Origin: Gemmatimonadales bacterium
GTDB taxonomy: Bacteria; Gemmatimonadota; Gemmatimonadetes; Gemmatimonadales; GWC2-71-9
NCBI GenBank assembly: GCA_035559715.1
Contig: DATMAW010000044.1
Location: 1 to 59,270, forward strand
Length of the DNA stretch: 59,270 bases
Reading direction: 5' to 3'
This document shows positions 26,722 to 35,533 of the stretch, piece by piece. The first letter of the stretch is position 1; every line of letters starts with the position of its first letter. The notes beneath the pieces are model-generated. The model saw nothing but the letters and a program-made list of their open reading frames with translations, ran no database searches and was not told the origin of the DNA. Position numbers and translations under genes: made by a program.

Positions 26722-29475
26722 ATGCCCGTGATGCAACCAACCGAACGGCGCTTATTCCTCATTGACGGCTACGGGCTCATTTACCGCGCGTTCTACGCGA
26801 TGATGAACCGCCCGCTGCGGACGAGCCGTGGAGAGAACACGTCGGCGGTATTCGGTGTCACCCAGTTCCTTCTCCGGCTGCTCGAGCGCCAGCACCCGGC
26901 GTACGTCGGCTGGGTGCATGACGCAGGTACGTCAGGTCGGGTCGAGACGTTCCCCGACTATAAGGCCACCCGCGAGCGACTGGCACCAGAACTCCAGGCG
27001 GATTTCGATCGCTCCGTGGAGCGCGTGAAGCAGCTTCTGGCGGCGCTCCGCGTACCCCTCATCGCGGTTGACGGATACGAGGCCGACGACGTGATGGGCA
27101 CCCTGGCGACCAAGGCTGCGGCGATGGGCGTGCCGACTGTGTTGGTCTCGGGCGACAAGGATCTCTATCAGCTGGTGTCGGATGGGATTTCGCTGCTCAA
27201 CCCTGGCCGGCGTGGGCCCGCGGCGGTGGAAGAACAGTGGGTGGACACGCGCAACGCGGCTGAACGCCTCGGGGTCAGGCCCGAACGCGTGGTGGACTTC
27301 CTCGCGCTTGTGGGAGACAGCTCGGACAACGTGCCCGGAGTCCGTGGCGTTGGTGAGAAAACCGCGCGGGCCTTGATCGAGCGTTGGGGTGATCTCGAGA
27401 CCATTTTGTCTCATGCGAGCGAAGCGCCCGGCCGCCGGGTGCAGGAAGCGCTTCGCACGTATGCGGAAGACGCACGGTTAAGCCGGCGGCTGGTGACGAT
27501 TCGTCGCGACGTTCCGGTCGAGCTCGACCTGCCGGCGCTGGCGGCGCGCGAGCCCGACCGAGAAGCCCTGCGGCAGCTGCTCGCGGAACTGGAGTTTCAC
27601 GAACTGCTCCAGCGACTCGAGCCCCAGCGGCCCCCTGAAGCGCCGGCCGGCATGCGGGCGCGTAGCGTCACGGATCCCGACGAGATCCCCGCGATTGCCG
27701 GAGCGCTGAGCGGGGCCACGGTCGTACTGCGAGCGCTTGCCTCCGACGATCACCCGCGGCCCGCCGCTCTGGTGGGCCTGGCGCTCGCGCGCGCGGACGG
27801 CGGCGATGGTTGGTACCTCCCGTTCGGCCATCGGCCGATGCAAACGGACTTGATGGGCGATGACGCGCGGGCCAACCTCCCGCCGCTCCACGATCCGAGG
27901 CTTCGTCCCATCGCCGACCTCCTGGAGAACGCGTCCGTGCCCAAGATGGGCCACGACGTGAAGCGCGATCTCCTTGCCTTGCGGCGGGCGGGGGTGCGTT
28001 TCGCTGGAGTGGTTTGGGACGGGAGCGTTGCGAGCTTCGTACTCGACCCCGGTCGGCGCTCCCACGCCCTGCGCGTTCTGTCCCTCGAGCTCGAGCAACT
28101 TCCGCTGGACGACGCTGCCGCACCGGCGGGCGGATCCCGCCAGCCGACCGAACAGTCGCCTGAGCGCACGGCGGCTCGCCTCGCGCTGGAACTCGAGGCG
28201 ATCGTTCGGCTCCAGCGCCGGTTCGCTTCGGAAATTCAGGCGCATCGCCTGGAGTCCCTGCTGACCGAGATCGAGCTGCCGCTCATCACCGTGCTGGCAG
28301 ATATGGAGTGGCGCGGGATTGCCGTCGACCTGGAGCGGCTCCGGGCGCTGGGCAGCGAGTTCGGGTCAGAACTCGAGCGCCTCGAGCGCGCCATTTACCG
28401 CGAGGCGGGCACCGAATTCAACATTCACAGTACCCCGCAGCTTCGCCACGTGTTGTTTGAGAAACTGCAGTTGCCCGTTCTGAAACGGACCAAGACGGGC
28501 CCGTCCACGGATGCCGATGTGCTGGAGCAACTTGCGGCCATGCAGTTCACCGTCCCGGCCCTGCTCCTCGAATTCCGCGAGCTGTCGAAGCTCAAGTCCA
28601 CGTACGTGGACGTCCTGCCGGCCTGGGTGCATCCCGACACGGGTCGCATTCATACCCGATTTCACCAGACCGGTGCGGCGACCGGCCGGCTCTCCTCATC
28701 CGACCCCAACCTCCAGAACATCCCGGTTCGCACGGAGCGGGGTGAGCGAATCCGTCAATGCTTCATTCCAGGGCCGGGATGTCAGCTCGTCGTGGCCGAT
28801 TACTCGCAGATCGAGCTGCGAGTGCTCGCGCACCTGTCGCAGGACCCGGCGTTCGTGCAGGCGTTCGAGCGCGGCGGGGACGTGCATCGCGAGACCGCGG
28901 CCGTGATCTTCGGCGTGGCACCCGAGGCCGTCACGCCGGACATGCGGGCTCGCGCCAAGACGATCAATTTCGCCACGATCTACGGGCAGGGTCCGTTTGC
29001 GCTGAGTCGCCAGCTCGGCATTTCGCAGGACGACGCAAAGGCGTTCATTCGGCTCTACTTCGAGCGGTTCGCCGGCGTGCGGCGCTGGCTCGACGAGACC
29101 GTCGCGCAGGCGCGGGAGCGGGGCTACACGGAGACGCTGTTCGGACGGCGACGGTACATTCCCGAATTGCACGACCGAAACCACTCGATCCGGTCCTTTG
29201 GAGAACGAACGGCGATGAACTCGCCGCTCCAGGGATCGGCAGCCGACCTGATCAAGGTGGCGATGATCCGGCTCCATCGCGAACTTGCGCGCCACGCCCC
29301 CGGGAGCGGCATTCTGCTACAGGTTCACGACGAGCTGGTGCTCGAAGCCCCCCAAGCGGAGGTGCCGGTGGTCGTGGAGATCGTCCGGCGCGAGATGGAA
29401 GGCGCCGCCCAGCTTCGAGTTCCTTTGGTGGTGGCCGTGGGTGTCGGCGCCAATTGGCTGGAGGCCAAGGGATGA
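26722..29475 (+). CDS. polA: DNA polymerase I
   Basis: 917 aa. 5'-nuclease N-terminus (LFLIDGYGLIYRAFYA), and polymerase motifs DYSQIELRVLAHLS, RRxAKxxNFG-like RARAKTINFATIYG, and QVHDELVLE. Confidence 0.97.
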   Translation: MPVMQPTERRLFLIDGYGLIYRAFYAMMNRPLRTSRGENTSAVFGVTQFLLRLLERQHPAYVGWVHDAGTSGRVETFPDYKATRERLAPELQADFDRSVERVKQLLAALRVPLIAVDGYEADDVMGTLATKAAAMGVPTVLVSGDKDLYQLVSDGISLLNPGRRGPAAVEEQWVDTRNAAERLGVRPERVVDFLALVGDSSDNVPGVRGVGEKTARALIERWGDLETILSHASEAPGRRVQEALRTYAEDARLSRRLVTIRRDVPVELDLPALAAREPDREALRQLLAELEFHELLQRLEPQRPPEAPAGMRARSVTDPDEIPAIAGALSGATVVLRALASDDHPRPAALVGLALARADGGDGWYLPFGHRPMQTDLMGDDARANLPPLHDPRLRPIADLLENASVPKMGHDVKRDLLALRRAGVRFAGVVWDGSVASFVLDPGRRSHALRVLSLELEQLPLDDAAAPAGGSRQPTEQSPERTAARLALELEAIVRLQRRFASEIQAHRLESLLTEIELPLITVLADMEWRGIAVDLERLRALGSEFGSELERLERAIYREAGTEFNIHSTPQLRHVLFEKLQLPVLKRTKTGPSTDADVLEQLAAMQFTVPALLLEFRELSKLKSTYVDVLPAWVHPDTGRIHTRFHQTGAATGRLSSSDPNLQNIPVRTERGERIRQCFIPGPGCQLVVADYSQIELRVLAHLSQDPAFVQAFERGGDVHRETAAVIFGVAPEAVTPDMRARAKTINFATIYGQGPFALSRQLGISQDDAKAFIRLYFERFAGVRRWLDETVAQARERGYTETLFGRRRYIPELHDRNHSIRSFGERTAMNSPLQGSAADLIKVAMIRLHRELARHAPGSGILLQVHDELVLEAPQAEVPVVVEIVRREMEGAAQLRVPLVVAVGVGANWLEAKG

Positions 29476-29882
29476 TGGTCGGCGCGAAGCGGCGAAGACC
29501 CGGTGCGGCAGGGTTGGCGGCAGTGGAGTTAGCGATCGTGATCGTGGCGCTGGGGCTGCTCTTGGTCGTGGCGGTTCCGGCAGTGGCTGCAATCCGCGAG
29601 CGCCCGCTCATTGGAGCACTCCGCGCCAACCTGCTCAATCTCGCTGCTGCTCAGGAATCGCATTTCTATGACTACCGTGCATACGCGGGCGACATCGAGG
29701 CCCTGCGACGCGCGGGTTTCGCACCCGGCTCAGGCGTGCGCGTGACGATTCGCGAGGCGACGCGAGCCGGCTGGTCGGCGACAGCGTCGCACCCGGGGAC
29801 TCGGGTGCAGTGCTTCCTGTTCGTTCGGGACGCGGCACCGGTGGGATCCGCGACAGTCGCGGGGGCGGTGCACTGTAGCTGA
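29472..29882 (+). CDS. Type IV pilin-like (prepilin-type N-terminus) hypothetical protein
   Basis: In frame with track ORF 28758..29882. ATG 29472 overlaps the polA stop (ATGA). N-terminus MMVGAKRRRPGAAG/LAAVELAIVIVALGLLLVVAVPAV has Gly then Glu at +5 and a hydrophobic helix. Confidence 0.45.
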   Translation: MMVGAKRRRPGAAGLAAVELAIVIVALGLLLVVAVPAVAAIRERPLIGALRANLLNLAAAQESHFYDYRAYAGDIEALRRAGFAPGSGVRVTIREATRAGWSATASHPGTRVQCFLFVRDAAPVGSATVAGAVHCS

Positions 29883-29919
29883 CCCGGTCTGGCGGCTATT
29901 CGCCCGTCGGCGCGACGGG

Positions 29920-30174
29920 ATGGCGCACGCGTTGTCCGGCGGCCTCTGGCTTCACCCGCACGTGTTGCGCGGCGAGCCCATGGCGCACCTGGTCTCCAGC
30001 GATCGAGACCTGCTATTGGAGGCCGGGCGGCGGCTAAGCCTCGATCCGGCCTGGCTGCAGTTCAAACCACTGAAACGGCTCGAGGACGGCGTTCTGGTGA
30101 ACGCCTGGCACTGGGATCTGAGGGGCTCCGTGCTGCGCCGGGCGCTCGAACTGGCGCAGCGGGACCCGGCTTAG
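29920..30174 (+). CDS. DUF4031-like small protein
   Basis: 84 aa. AHLVSSDRDLLLEAGRRLSLDPAWLQ...WHWDL..SVLRRAL resembles the DUF4031 pattern (from memory). Confidence 0.4.
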   Translation: MAHALSGGLWLHPHVLRGEPMAHLVSSDRDLLLEAGRRLSLDPAWLQFKPLKRLEDGVLVNAWHWDLRGSVLRRALELAQRDPA

Positions 30175-30178
30175 GCGA

Positions 30179-31345
30179 TCAGGCCGCCACCATCAGTCCG
30201 GTACCGTACATCACCAGCAAGCCAGCCACGACGCCGCCAGCCGTGTACGGCGTCCAGACCGTGCCGCCGGTTTCGCGCGCCACCATGCGGTACAACGCGA
30301 TCACCACCTGAGCGATGGCGCCCACGCCGATGCTCAAGAACAGCGTGGCGTACAGGGGTGAATACGCCAGCCCGCCGAGCCACGCGCCGGCCACGGTAGG
30401 GATCCCTGCCAGTGCTCCCAGCGACGCCAGGGTCCCGAGCGGTGGTCGGTCCTGCGCGAGCGGAGCAACGATCCCCAGGCCTTCCGTGGCGTTGTGCAGC
30501 ATGAAACCGATGATGAGGAACGCGCCCAACGTCGCCTCGCCCAGGGAGTACGCCGCTCCGATGGCCAAGCCCTCTCCGAGATTGTGCAGCCCGATGCCCA
30601 GGGCGATGAGATAGGCCACCGCACGGCGTCCCGCCTCGCCCTCGCTGCCAAGCCGGCGTTGGGACGCCACTTGGAGTCCCAGTAGCGCGCCCAGGGCGCC
30701 CAACACTACGAGAGCATCTCCCTGGAATGCTCCGGCCACCAGGTCGGCGGACTCGAACGCCTCCCGCAGCGCGTCCGCGCCGAGGAACACGAGCAGTCCG
30801 GCCGTGAGGGCCAGCGCGAAGTGGAACCAGCGGCGCTCGAGGCGGCGCAGGAACGGAAACCACAGCAGCCCCACCGCGACTGGAATCACGCCGACCACGA
30901 GTCCCACCAAGCCAAAGGCGGCGAAGAAGTAGCCCCCCGGCTCGGGGGTCTCCGCGGCGACGTCTATCGTGTGTGTGAACGTGAGGCCCGTGGAGGTCAG
31001 CACCTTGATCTCGTGCGCCTCCCCTCGGACCCAGGGATACGGGACCTCGACCACGGCCCGGCCGAGCCGGGGAAGTGTTGGGGATGGCCGGACGGTGAAC
31101 GTCCAGAAAGCGTCGTCCACCATGATCTGAGCGACGGTCGCTGGACTGGGGCCTCCGTTCACCAGCTCGACCCGAATGGAGTTCGGCGAGAGTGTGACAC
31201 GGTCGAACGTCAGTTGCTCCACCGGGGGCACGCCGCGGCGGAGGAACTCGACCAGGCCACCCCGCGCCACGATGAGCGCGAACGCGCCGATCAACCCCAG
31301 CGGCAGCAGGCCCAGGATCCACGTCCGCAGTCGCTTGGCCGTCAC
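30179..31345 (-). CDS. ZIP-family divalent metal transporter with N-terminal periplasmic domain
   Basis: Track ORF 30179..31474 trimmed to GTG 31345, which overlaps the upstream gene's stop (GTGA). ZIP signatures HNLGEGLAIG and HNATEGLG. Confidence 0.8.
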   Translation of the reverse strand: MTAKRLRTWILGLLPLGLIGAFALIVARGGLVEFLRRGVPPVEQLTFDRVTLSPNSIRVELVNGGPSPATVAQIMVDDAFWTFTVRPSPTLPRLGRAVVEVPYPWVRGEAHEIKVLTSTGLTFTHTIDVAAETPEPGGYFFAAFGLVGLVVGVIPVAVGLLWFPFLRRLERRWFHFALALTAGLLVFLGADALREAFESADLVAGAFQGDALVVLGALGALLGLQVASQRRLGSEGEAGRRAVAYLIALGIGLHNLGEGLAIGAAYSLGEATLGAFLIIGFMLHNATEGLGIVAPLAQDRPPLGTLASLGALAGIPTVAGAWLGGLAYSPLYATLFLSIGVGAIAQVVIALYRMVARETGGTVWTPYTAGGVVAGLLVMYGTGLMVAA

Positions 31346-32331
31346 GCCACCGCCTCGACCACGTTGAACATGCCCATCCACCCCAACTCCGTGAATTCCG
31401 ACTGGTGCGCGTGGAACATGAACATGCCGGGTTCGTCGTACGTGAACTCGATGATGTGCCGCTCTCCCTGACACATCATGACCGTGTCCGTGAACTCGTG
31501 GGGCTGCAGCGACGTCCCAGTCTTGTAGACGTGAAACATGTTCCCGTGCAGGTGCATCGAGTTGATCAGGTCGAACTCCAACACATTGACCATGTAGATC
31601 CGCTGAAGCTCGCCGGCACGCACCGTGACGGGTTTCTTCTGATACGCGAACGCCACGGTGTTGGCCGCGTACACCTCGTTTTCGGCGTCGAAGTTCGTGT
31701 CGAAGCCATTCAAGACCATCACCATCTCACGCGCCGGTGGCCGCGGCACGCGCGGGTCAACGATGAACGTGCCATACAGCCCCTTGGCGATGTGTTTCTT
31801 CAATGGAACGGAATGGCAGTGGTAGAGGTGCAGGCCAAACGGGCGCGCTTCGAACTCGTAGACAAAGGATTCGCCCGGGCCGACCACCTCGAACACCCCG
31901 TCCATGCGCGCCGGGTGAATCCCGTGGAAGTGAATCGTGTGTGGATGCGTGCCGAGGTTCTGGAAGTTCACGCGCACGATATCGCCTTCCGTGGCTCGTA
32001 GCGTGGGTCCGGGCACCTGTCCGTTGTAAGTCCAGGCCGGGTAGAACACGCCGGGTGCGACTTCGATGTCCCGGTCAATGGCGTGGAGGTTGTAGGTGCG
32101 CAGGACCTTGCCGCCGGGCAGTCGGGAAACGGTGCCGTAGTCGAAGGCCGTGAGAAAGGCGTGTGGGTCAATCCCGGCATTGGTCACCTCGCCTACCGCG
32201 CCAGCAATGTTGGGGTTGTGTGCCGGGTGCGCGGGGGGCGCGATGTCTCCGCGCAAGGCCCGCGTCCCTGCGGCGATTCCCGCCACGCCCAACGCCCCCC
32301 GCTTGATCGCCTCACGTCGGTTGAGGGACAT
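31342..32331 (-). CDS. Tat-exported two-domain multicopper oxidase family protein
   Basis: Twin-arginine signal MSLNRREAIKRGALGVAGIAAG. Copper-ligand motifs HTIHFHG, LYHCH, MHLHG, FMFHAH. Confidence 0.8.
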   Translation of the reverse strand: MSLNRREAIKRGALGVAGIAAGTRALRGDIAPPAHPAHNPNIAGAVGEVTNAGIDPHAFLTAFDYGTVSRLPGGKVLRTYNLHAIDRDIEVAPGVFYPAWTYNGQVPGPTLRATEGDIVRVNFQNLGTHPHTIHFHGIHPARMDGVFEVVGPGESFVYEFEARPFGLHLYHCHSVPLKKHIAKGLYGTFIVDPRVPRPPAREMVMVLNGFDTNFDAENEVYAANTVAFAYQKKPVTVRAGELQRIYMVNVLEFDLINSMHLHGNMFHVYKTGTSLQPHEFTDTVMMCQGERHIIEFTYDEPGMFMFHAHQSEFTELGWMGMFNVVEAVA

Positions 32332-33026
32332 CAGCCTGCCTCCTTCCCGAGGACGGCGCAGAACAGTCCGCGTGCCAGCTCGTAACCGATCACCTGATCT
32401 CTGGGCACGTGGCCGGAGATCCTGACCGCAACCGGCCCGCGAAACGGCTGCCGCGCCATGACCTCAAACGCCACGCCGGGTCTGAGGCCAAGCGACGCCA
32501 CGAAGCGGAGCAGCTCCGGGTCACGATCGGAGACCTGGCGCAACTCCGCGACCGCGCCCACGGGAAGCTCGGCCAGCGGCACGTGCTCCGGTATTTCCAC
32601 CTCTCCAGACGGAGTCGGGATCGGTGCGCCGTGCGGGTCGTATCGGGGGTTGCCGAGCGCCATCGCCATGCGTTCCACCATTTCGTCCGAAACCGCATGC
32701 TCCAGACGCTCCGCCTCCTCGTGGACGGAGTCCCAACCGTAGCCCAGCTTCGTGGTGAGGTAGGTCTCCAAGATCCGGTGCCGCCGAACCATCCGGAGGG
32801 CGGCACGACGACCGGTGGGCGTGAGCTGAACGCCGCGATAGGGCGTGTGCTCCAGGAGTCCGGACTCCGACAGGCGCTTGACCATCCCCGTCACCGACGG
32901 AGGAGCAATGGCCAATTCATCGGCGATGGCGCTCGTATGAGCGGCGCCGCCGCGCACCTCGAGTTGGTAGATGGCCTTGAGATAGTCCTCAGTGGAGCGA
33001 GACAGCTGTGTGCGTGGGCTGGTCAT
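32331..33026 (-). CDS. DtxR/IdeR/TroR-family metal-dependent transcriptional repressor
   Basis: TEDYLKAIYQLE, HTH region, metal-binding core and a C-terminal FeoA/SH3-like domain. Start at ATG 33026 (track start 33050 is possible). The stop shares one nt with the oxidase start. Confidence 0.85.
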   Translation of the reverse strand: MTSPRTQLSRSTEDYLKAIYQLEVRGGAAHTSAIADELAIAPPSVTGMVKRLSESGLLEHTPYRGVQLTPTGRRAALRMVRRHRILETYLTTKLGYGWDSVHEEAERLEHAVSDEMVERMAMALGNPRYDPHGAPIPTPSGEVEIPEHVPLAELPVGAVAELRQVSDRDPELLRFVASLGLRPGVAFEVMARQPFRGPVAVRISGHVPRDQVIGYELARGLFCAVLGKEAG

Positions 33027-33065
33027 TGCAACTCCGGAGACCCCCGGCAACCCGAGGGATAGAAG

Positions 33066-33085
33066 AATTTACGTGCACCTAAATT
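33066..33085. promoter_or_regulatory. Candidate DtxR-family operator: 18/20 palindrome AATTTACGTGCACCTAAATT
   Basis: Read directly. It lies 40 nt (or 16 nt) upstream of the repressor start and is AT-rich in a GC-rich genome. It contains a TTAGG/CCTAA half-site like DtxR/IdeR boxes (from memory). Confidence 0.4.
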
Positions 33086-33132
33086 TTAGACCGTGTCACC
33101 ACGAAACGCAACCAAGCCGTGCGCGTGAACGA

Positions 33133-33735
33133 TTAATCAGGCAGGTGTTCTGATGTTGCTAAGTGTAGGAACGGCGTGATGATACGCTCTGTCAGACCCC
33201 ACACCAAATAGTCTCCGAGGCGGTACGCCGGGAACTCCCGTCCGACCAGTGGGATGACCTCGTTCCCGTAAACCCCAGCCGCCAGAAGATCTTCCAGACC
33301 AACCCAGCGATGTGATGCCACCTCGCTCGATAGCCTGACCGCCGGTTGCCCTCGCAGACCGAAGACAAACGGTCGGATTACCAGCGGGGGCAAAGTGGGG
33401 GTTCTCGGGTGGACGTCATCCAGCTCGCCGAGCAGCATGGACTCTGCGAGCGACACTCCGACCTCTTCCTCGGTCTCCCGAATGGCGGTTCGGAGCAGCG
33501 TCTCGTCTGCGGGGTCGCGCCGCCCGCCCGGGAACGCGACCTGTCCCGACCAGGGGTCCCCCGAGCGAGTCGCGCGCTCGATGAGCAGCACCTCGAGGCC
33601 CTCGGTTGGTCGCGTTGCCAGAACGATGGCGACAGCCGCCTGACCTGCGCTCGGATCGTCCGCGATCCGAAGGGGAGACCGATTGTGCAACCGCTGGCGC
33701 ACAAGGTCGAGCGTGGTTCCCGACACCTGCGTCAC
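33133..33735 (-). CDS. NUDIX hydrolase (CoA pyrophosphatase-like)
   Basis: Nudix box GGRRDPADETLLRTAIRETEEEVGV. Confidence 0.8.
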   Translation of the reverse strand: MTQVSGTTLDLVRQRLHNRSPLRIADDPSAGQAAVAIVLATRPTEGLEVLLIERATRSGDPWSGQVAFPGGRRDPADETLLRTAIRETEEEVGVSLAESMLLGELDDVHPRTPTLPPLVIRPFVFGLRGQPAVRLSSEVASHRWVGLEDLLAAGVYGNEVIPLVGREFPAYRLGDYLVWGLTERIITPFLHLATSEHLPD

Positions 33736-33831
33736 GGCACCAGACGCTTGAGGCGAGTCATGGTCGTTGCCCCCTTGCGCGGGTAGCTACTTTTGTGATG
33801 GGGAAATTTCTTTTGGCCACAGGCACAGGGG

Positions 33832-33981
33832 GTGCGTATTCGGACGTTTGGTGTCGGGCTCATTGCCTTGGCGGCGCTTGCCGCTGTTGGGCTCCTGCTG
33901 ACTCGCCGCTCGCGGATGGTTCCTGCCACCGCGGGGCGGCGTCCCGGTCCGGTGGATGATATCTATGCCGCTGGCCTGTGA
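33832..33981 (+). CDS. Possible 49-aa single-TM membrane peptide
   Basis: Hand-translated: VRIRTFGVGLIALAALAAVGLLLTRRSRMVPATAGRRPGPVDDIYAAGL. GTG is preceded by acaggggg. A strong terminator hairpin follows 26 nt downstream. Below the track's size cutoff. Confidence 0.3.
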   Translation: MRIRTFGVGLIALAALAAVGLLLTRRSRMVPATAGRRPGPVDDIYAAGL

Positions 33982-34006
33982 GGGTGTAGGGCAGGGTTGA
34001 CTCGGA

Positions 34007-34040
34007 GCGGGTGAGCGCCGCACGGTGCTCACCCGCTTTC
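34007..34040 (+). terminator. Rho-independent terminator-like hairpin
   Basis: A perfect 10-bp stem, GCGGGTGAGC (34007-34016) with GCTCACCCGC (34027-34036), a 10-nt loop, then TTTCACTGTT. Confidence 0.5.
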
Positions 34041-34113
34041 ACTGTTGGTTGGGCGCTTTGACGCCCGACGGTGCCCCAGGTACATTGCCCCGGTTTCTCC
34101 AGGGGGTTCGCGG

Positions 34114-34686
34114 ATGGGTCTGACGATTCGACCGTCCAATCCCGCCCTGGCCAACGTGGGCCGCGTGCTCGCGGCCAACCGGGATCAGCTGGTGGCACGC
34201 TGGGCCAGCTGGATCGGTGAGCGTTTGGCGCAGGCTCCCCACATCAGGCGACCCACCGTCGAGCGACAGCTCGCTCTGTTGATCGATATCCTCATCGAGA
34301 TGGCCGGTCCCCTCCGGCGTCAGGTGGCTCAGCTGTGGTTCGACGCGTGTCAGTTCTACGGCGAGGTGGCGGCAGCGAGGGCGCTGGCGGCTGGAGAGGT
34401 CGTCGAGGAGATCCAGCACCTTCGTGAGCTGTTGATCCGAGATCTGTCGGAAGTGATTGCCGCGCTGCCGGCCCGGCATTCCATGGCCACCGTGCTTCGG
34501 CTCAACCGGCAGGTAGATAAGGGAATTGCCCATGCCGTGGTGGGCTATACCGATGCGCTGGTCCAAACGCTGTTTGCCGAACGCGGCGCTCCGGTTGCGT
34601 TCGGGGGCCCAGAAGAAGACGCGATCGTGAAGCGGCTGGAGCAGTTCGAGGGCGAGCTGGCGCGCCTACGCGAGAAGGCCCACTGA
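34114..34686 (+). CDS. Hypothetical protein, RsbRD-N-like helical domain plus C-terminal coiled coil
   Basis: Track ORF 34045..34686 trimmed to ATG 34114. NRDQLVARWASWIGERL...LIDILIEM resembles the RsbR N-terminal non-haem globin-like domain (weak, from memory). Confidence 0.45.
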   Translation: MGLTIRPSNPALANVGRVLAANRDQLVARWASWIGERLAQAPHIRRPTVERQLALLIDILIEMAGPLRRQVAQLWFDACQFYGEVAAARALAAGEVVEEIQHLRELLIRDLSEVIAALPARHSMATVLRLNRQVDKGIAHAVVGYTDALVQTLFAERGAPVAFGGPEEDAIVKRLEQFEGELARLREKAH

Positions 34687-34698
34687 TCACGGCGGGCC

Positions 34699-35496
34699 TC
34701 AGCCGGTGACTTCTTCTCCCCCATCGACATTGACGACGTTGCCGGTGATCCAGTCCGTTCCCGGATTGCACAGCGCGACCACGGCCTGGGCCACGTCTTC
34801 GGGTGTTGTCAGTCGCTTGTGCGGATTGCGCCGCGCAGCCTGCTCGAACAGTTCCGCGCTTCCGGGGATCTTCTCGGCGGCCGGAGTTCGGGTGACCCCG
34901 CCGCGGAGCGCGTTCACCGTGATACCATAGGGCGCCAGTTCCATCGCCAGTTGCCGAGTGTGCGACTCGAGGGCGCACTTGGCGGCCGACACCGCGCCGT
35001 ACGACGGGATCACCCGGGTTGACCCGGACGAGGTCATCGAGAAGATCCGGCCACCGCGGCCCATCAGCTGTCGTTTCATCAAGTCCTGGGTCCAATACAC
35101 CAGCGAATGAGCCATGACGTCGAGCGTCATCTCGATGTTGGCCCGCGTCAACGCATCTCCGGCCACGTACGGCTTGAGGGTGCCGAAGGCTAGGGAGTGC
35201 ATCAGGACCGCGACGCGCGCACCGGTTTCGGCACACGCGGCCTCGAGCGCATCGAGCACCTCCCGGCGTTTTCCGTCGTCCGCCGCGTTTACATTGAAGA
35301 ACAAGGCACGCCGGCCCAGCGCCATGACCGCGGTCTTGATCTCCTCCACGTGTGCGATCCCGGCCTTGCGGTCCAGATGCACGCCGGCTATGTCGTATCC
35401 CGCCCGGGCGAGCGCGCGTGAGCAGGCCTCGCCGAAGCCGCTCGATGCGCCGAGCACGAGGGCCCAGCGTGGAGTGGCGGTTTGAGCGTGCATCAC
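34699..35496 (-). CDS. SDR-family oxidoreductase (FabL-like enoyl-ACP reductase candidate)
   Basis: LVLGASSGFG cofactor motif and catalytic YGAVSAAK. Confidence 0.8.
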   Translation of the reverse strand: MMHAQTATPRWALVLGASSGFGEACSRALARAGYDIAGVHLDRKAGIAHVEEIKTAVMALGRRALFFNVNAADDGKRREVLDALEAACAETGARVAVLMHSLAFGTLKPYVAGDALTRANIEMTLDVMAHSLVYWTQDLMKRQLMGRGGRIFSMTSSGSTRVIPSYGAVSAAKCALESHTRQLAMELAPYGITVNALRGGVTRTPAAEKIPGSAELFEQAARRNPHKRLTTPEDVAQAVVALCNPGTDWITGNVVNVDGGEEVTG

Positions 35497-35533
35497 CGAA
35501 CCCTCATGCAGTTGGGACGGCGGAACTTAGCGG

